Source of the DNA: Pseudomonadales bacterium
GTDB lineage: Bacteria > Pseudomonadota > Gammaproteobacteria > Pseudomonadales > JAUIET01
Direction of reading: 5' to 3'
DNA: 64,000 bases
Assembly (NCBI GenBank): GCA_037969395.1
Contig: JBBKXJ010000018.1
Coordinates: 20,108 to 84,107, forward strand
The translations under genes were made by a program, and so were the position numbers. The notes beneath the pieces were generated by a model, which had not been told where the DNA came from, searched no databases, and was given only the letters and a program-made list of their open reading frames with translations. Positions 63,082 to 64,000 of the stretch are shown one piece after another (within the stretch, counting starts at the first letter, position 1; each line of letters opens with the position of its first letter).

Positions 63082-64000
63082 ATGCTGAACTCCTTACGCA
63101 AAATTGTCCAGGAAGTTAACGCGGCACCAAGCCTGCAAGCGGCGCTGGATATTATCGTGGTGCGCGTGCGTGAGGCGATGGGCACTGAGGCGTGCTCGGT
63201 CTATATGCTTGATGCCGCGACCGAACGCTATGTCTTTACCGCGACCGAAGGCTTGAACAAGCAACAGCGCGGGCGATTAAGCCTGGCACCCAAAGAGGGG
63301 CTGGTCGGCCAGGTTGCGGCGCGCGAAGAAACGCTAAATCTGGAGGATGCGTCGGCGCACGCAGGGTTTCATTTCTTTCCTGAAATTGGGGAAGAGAAGT
63401 ACGCGGCCTTCCTCGGCGCGCCCATTATCCATCAACGTAAGGTGCTCGGTGTACTGGTAGTGCAGCAATCCACCAAACGCCGTTTCGACGAAAGCGAAGA
63501 AGCGTTTTTGGTGACTTTGTCAGCGCAGCTTGCTGGCGTTATTGCGCATGCCAAGGCAACCGGTGCGCTGGGCGATTTGACCGCTACCACGGATCGAGTG
63601 AGCGCCAGTTTCAACGGGGTACCGGGCGCGCCCGGCATCGCTATCGGGCGTGCCGTGGTGGTGTCGCCGCCGGCCGACCTGAATTCGGTACCGCGCCGAA
63701 CCTGCAGCGACCCGGACGCCGAGCTTGCTTTCTTTCAACAATGCCTGGTGCGGGTGCGTAAGGATATTGAAGCGCTTGGTAACAGTCTAGCGGCCCAGTT
63801 ACGCTCTGAAGAGCGCGCCCTGTTCGACGTTTATTTGCACATGCTGGCCGACAATGCGCTTGGCGCGGAAATTTCTGCGCGCATTCGCGCTGGCTCATGG
63901 GCGCAGGGCGCGCTCAGTGAAGTCATTCTGGAGCACGCCGGCACCTTCGAACGCATGGAAGACAGCTATCTGCGCGAGCGGGCAGCCGACGTGCGCGATC
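63082..64000 (+). CDS. ptsP: Phosphoenolpyruvate-protein phosphotransferase PtsP (EI-Ntr), 5' part; continues past the right edge
   Basis: ATG 63082. My translation is MLNSLRKIVQEVNAAPSLQAALDIIVVRVREAMGTEACSVYMLD..., a GAF domain. The ORF is open to position 64000. It follows rppH as in E. coli and Pseudomonas. Confidence 0.9.
   Translation, partial: MLNSLRKIVQEVNAAPSLQAALDIIVVRVREAMGTEACSVYMLDAATERYVFTATEGLNKQQRGRLSLAPKEGLVGQVAAREETLNLEDASAHAGFHFFPEIGEEKYAAFLGAPIIHQRKVLGVLVVQQSTKRRFDESEEAFLVTLSAQLAGVIAHAKATGALGDLTATTDRVSASFNGVPGAPGIAIGRAVVVSPPADLNSVPRRTCSDPDAELAFFQQCLVRVRKDIEALGNSLAAQLRSEERALFDVYLHMLADNALGAEISARIRAGSWAQGALSEVILEHAGTFERMEDSYLRERAADVRD

Overview
The window is a dense, mostly housekeeping stretch of a gammaproteobacterial chromosome. 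Gene order matches Pseudomonas-type synteny blocks, suggesting a Pseudomonadales or Cellvibrionales-like organism; I cannot name the species from sequence alone. I support about 62 protein genes. These are, in order: algC (5' part), coaBC, radC, rpmB-rpmG, a lone hydantoinase-A homolog, mutM, coaD, rsmD, ftsYEX-rpoH and trmB. Next come hemW-rdgB-DUF4426-metW-metX, yggT-proC-yggS, pilT-pilU and a TPP-riboswitch-controlled thiC-thiO-thiS-thiG-thiDE operon. These are followed by ruvX-yqgE-tonB-gshB, the twitching-motility chemosensory cluster pilG-pilH-pilI-pilJ-chpA-chpC, rsmE and the methyl-cycle operon sahR-metK-ahcY-metF. The window ends with tktA-epd-pgk-fba, rpiA, ilvA, zapB-like/zapA plus 6S RNA, ygfB-pepP-ubiH-ubiI, gcvH, rppH and the start of ptsP. 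I see no rRNA, tRNA, CRISPR array, transposase, integrase or prophage signal, and no obvious defence or accessory island. The one stretch that ordinary annotation does not explain is the ~270 nt directly after ilvA (56380-56646). It is a multi-helix element closed by a 25-bp perfect stem, and all of its wobble pairs are legal only in a + strand RNA. I flag it as an unclassified candidate structured RNA, with a MITE as the alternative. The other findings are modest: domain fusions, missing partner genes and regulatory palindromes. Coordinates of truncated or edge-crossing genes and of revised start codons come from my own reading and are less certain than the ORF-track ends.
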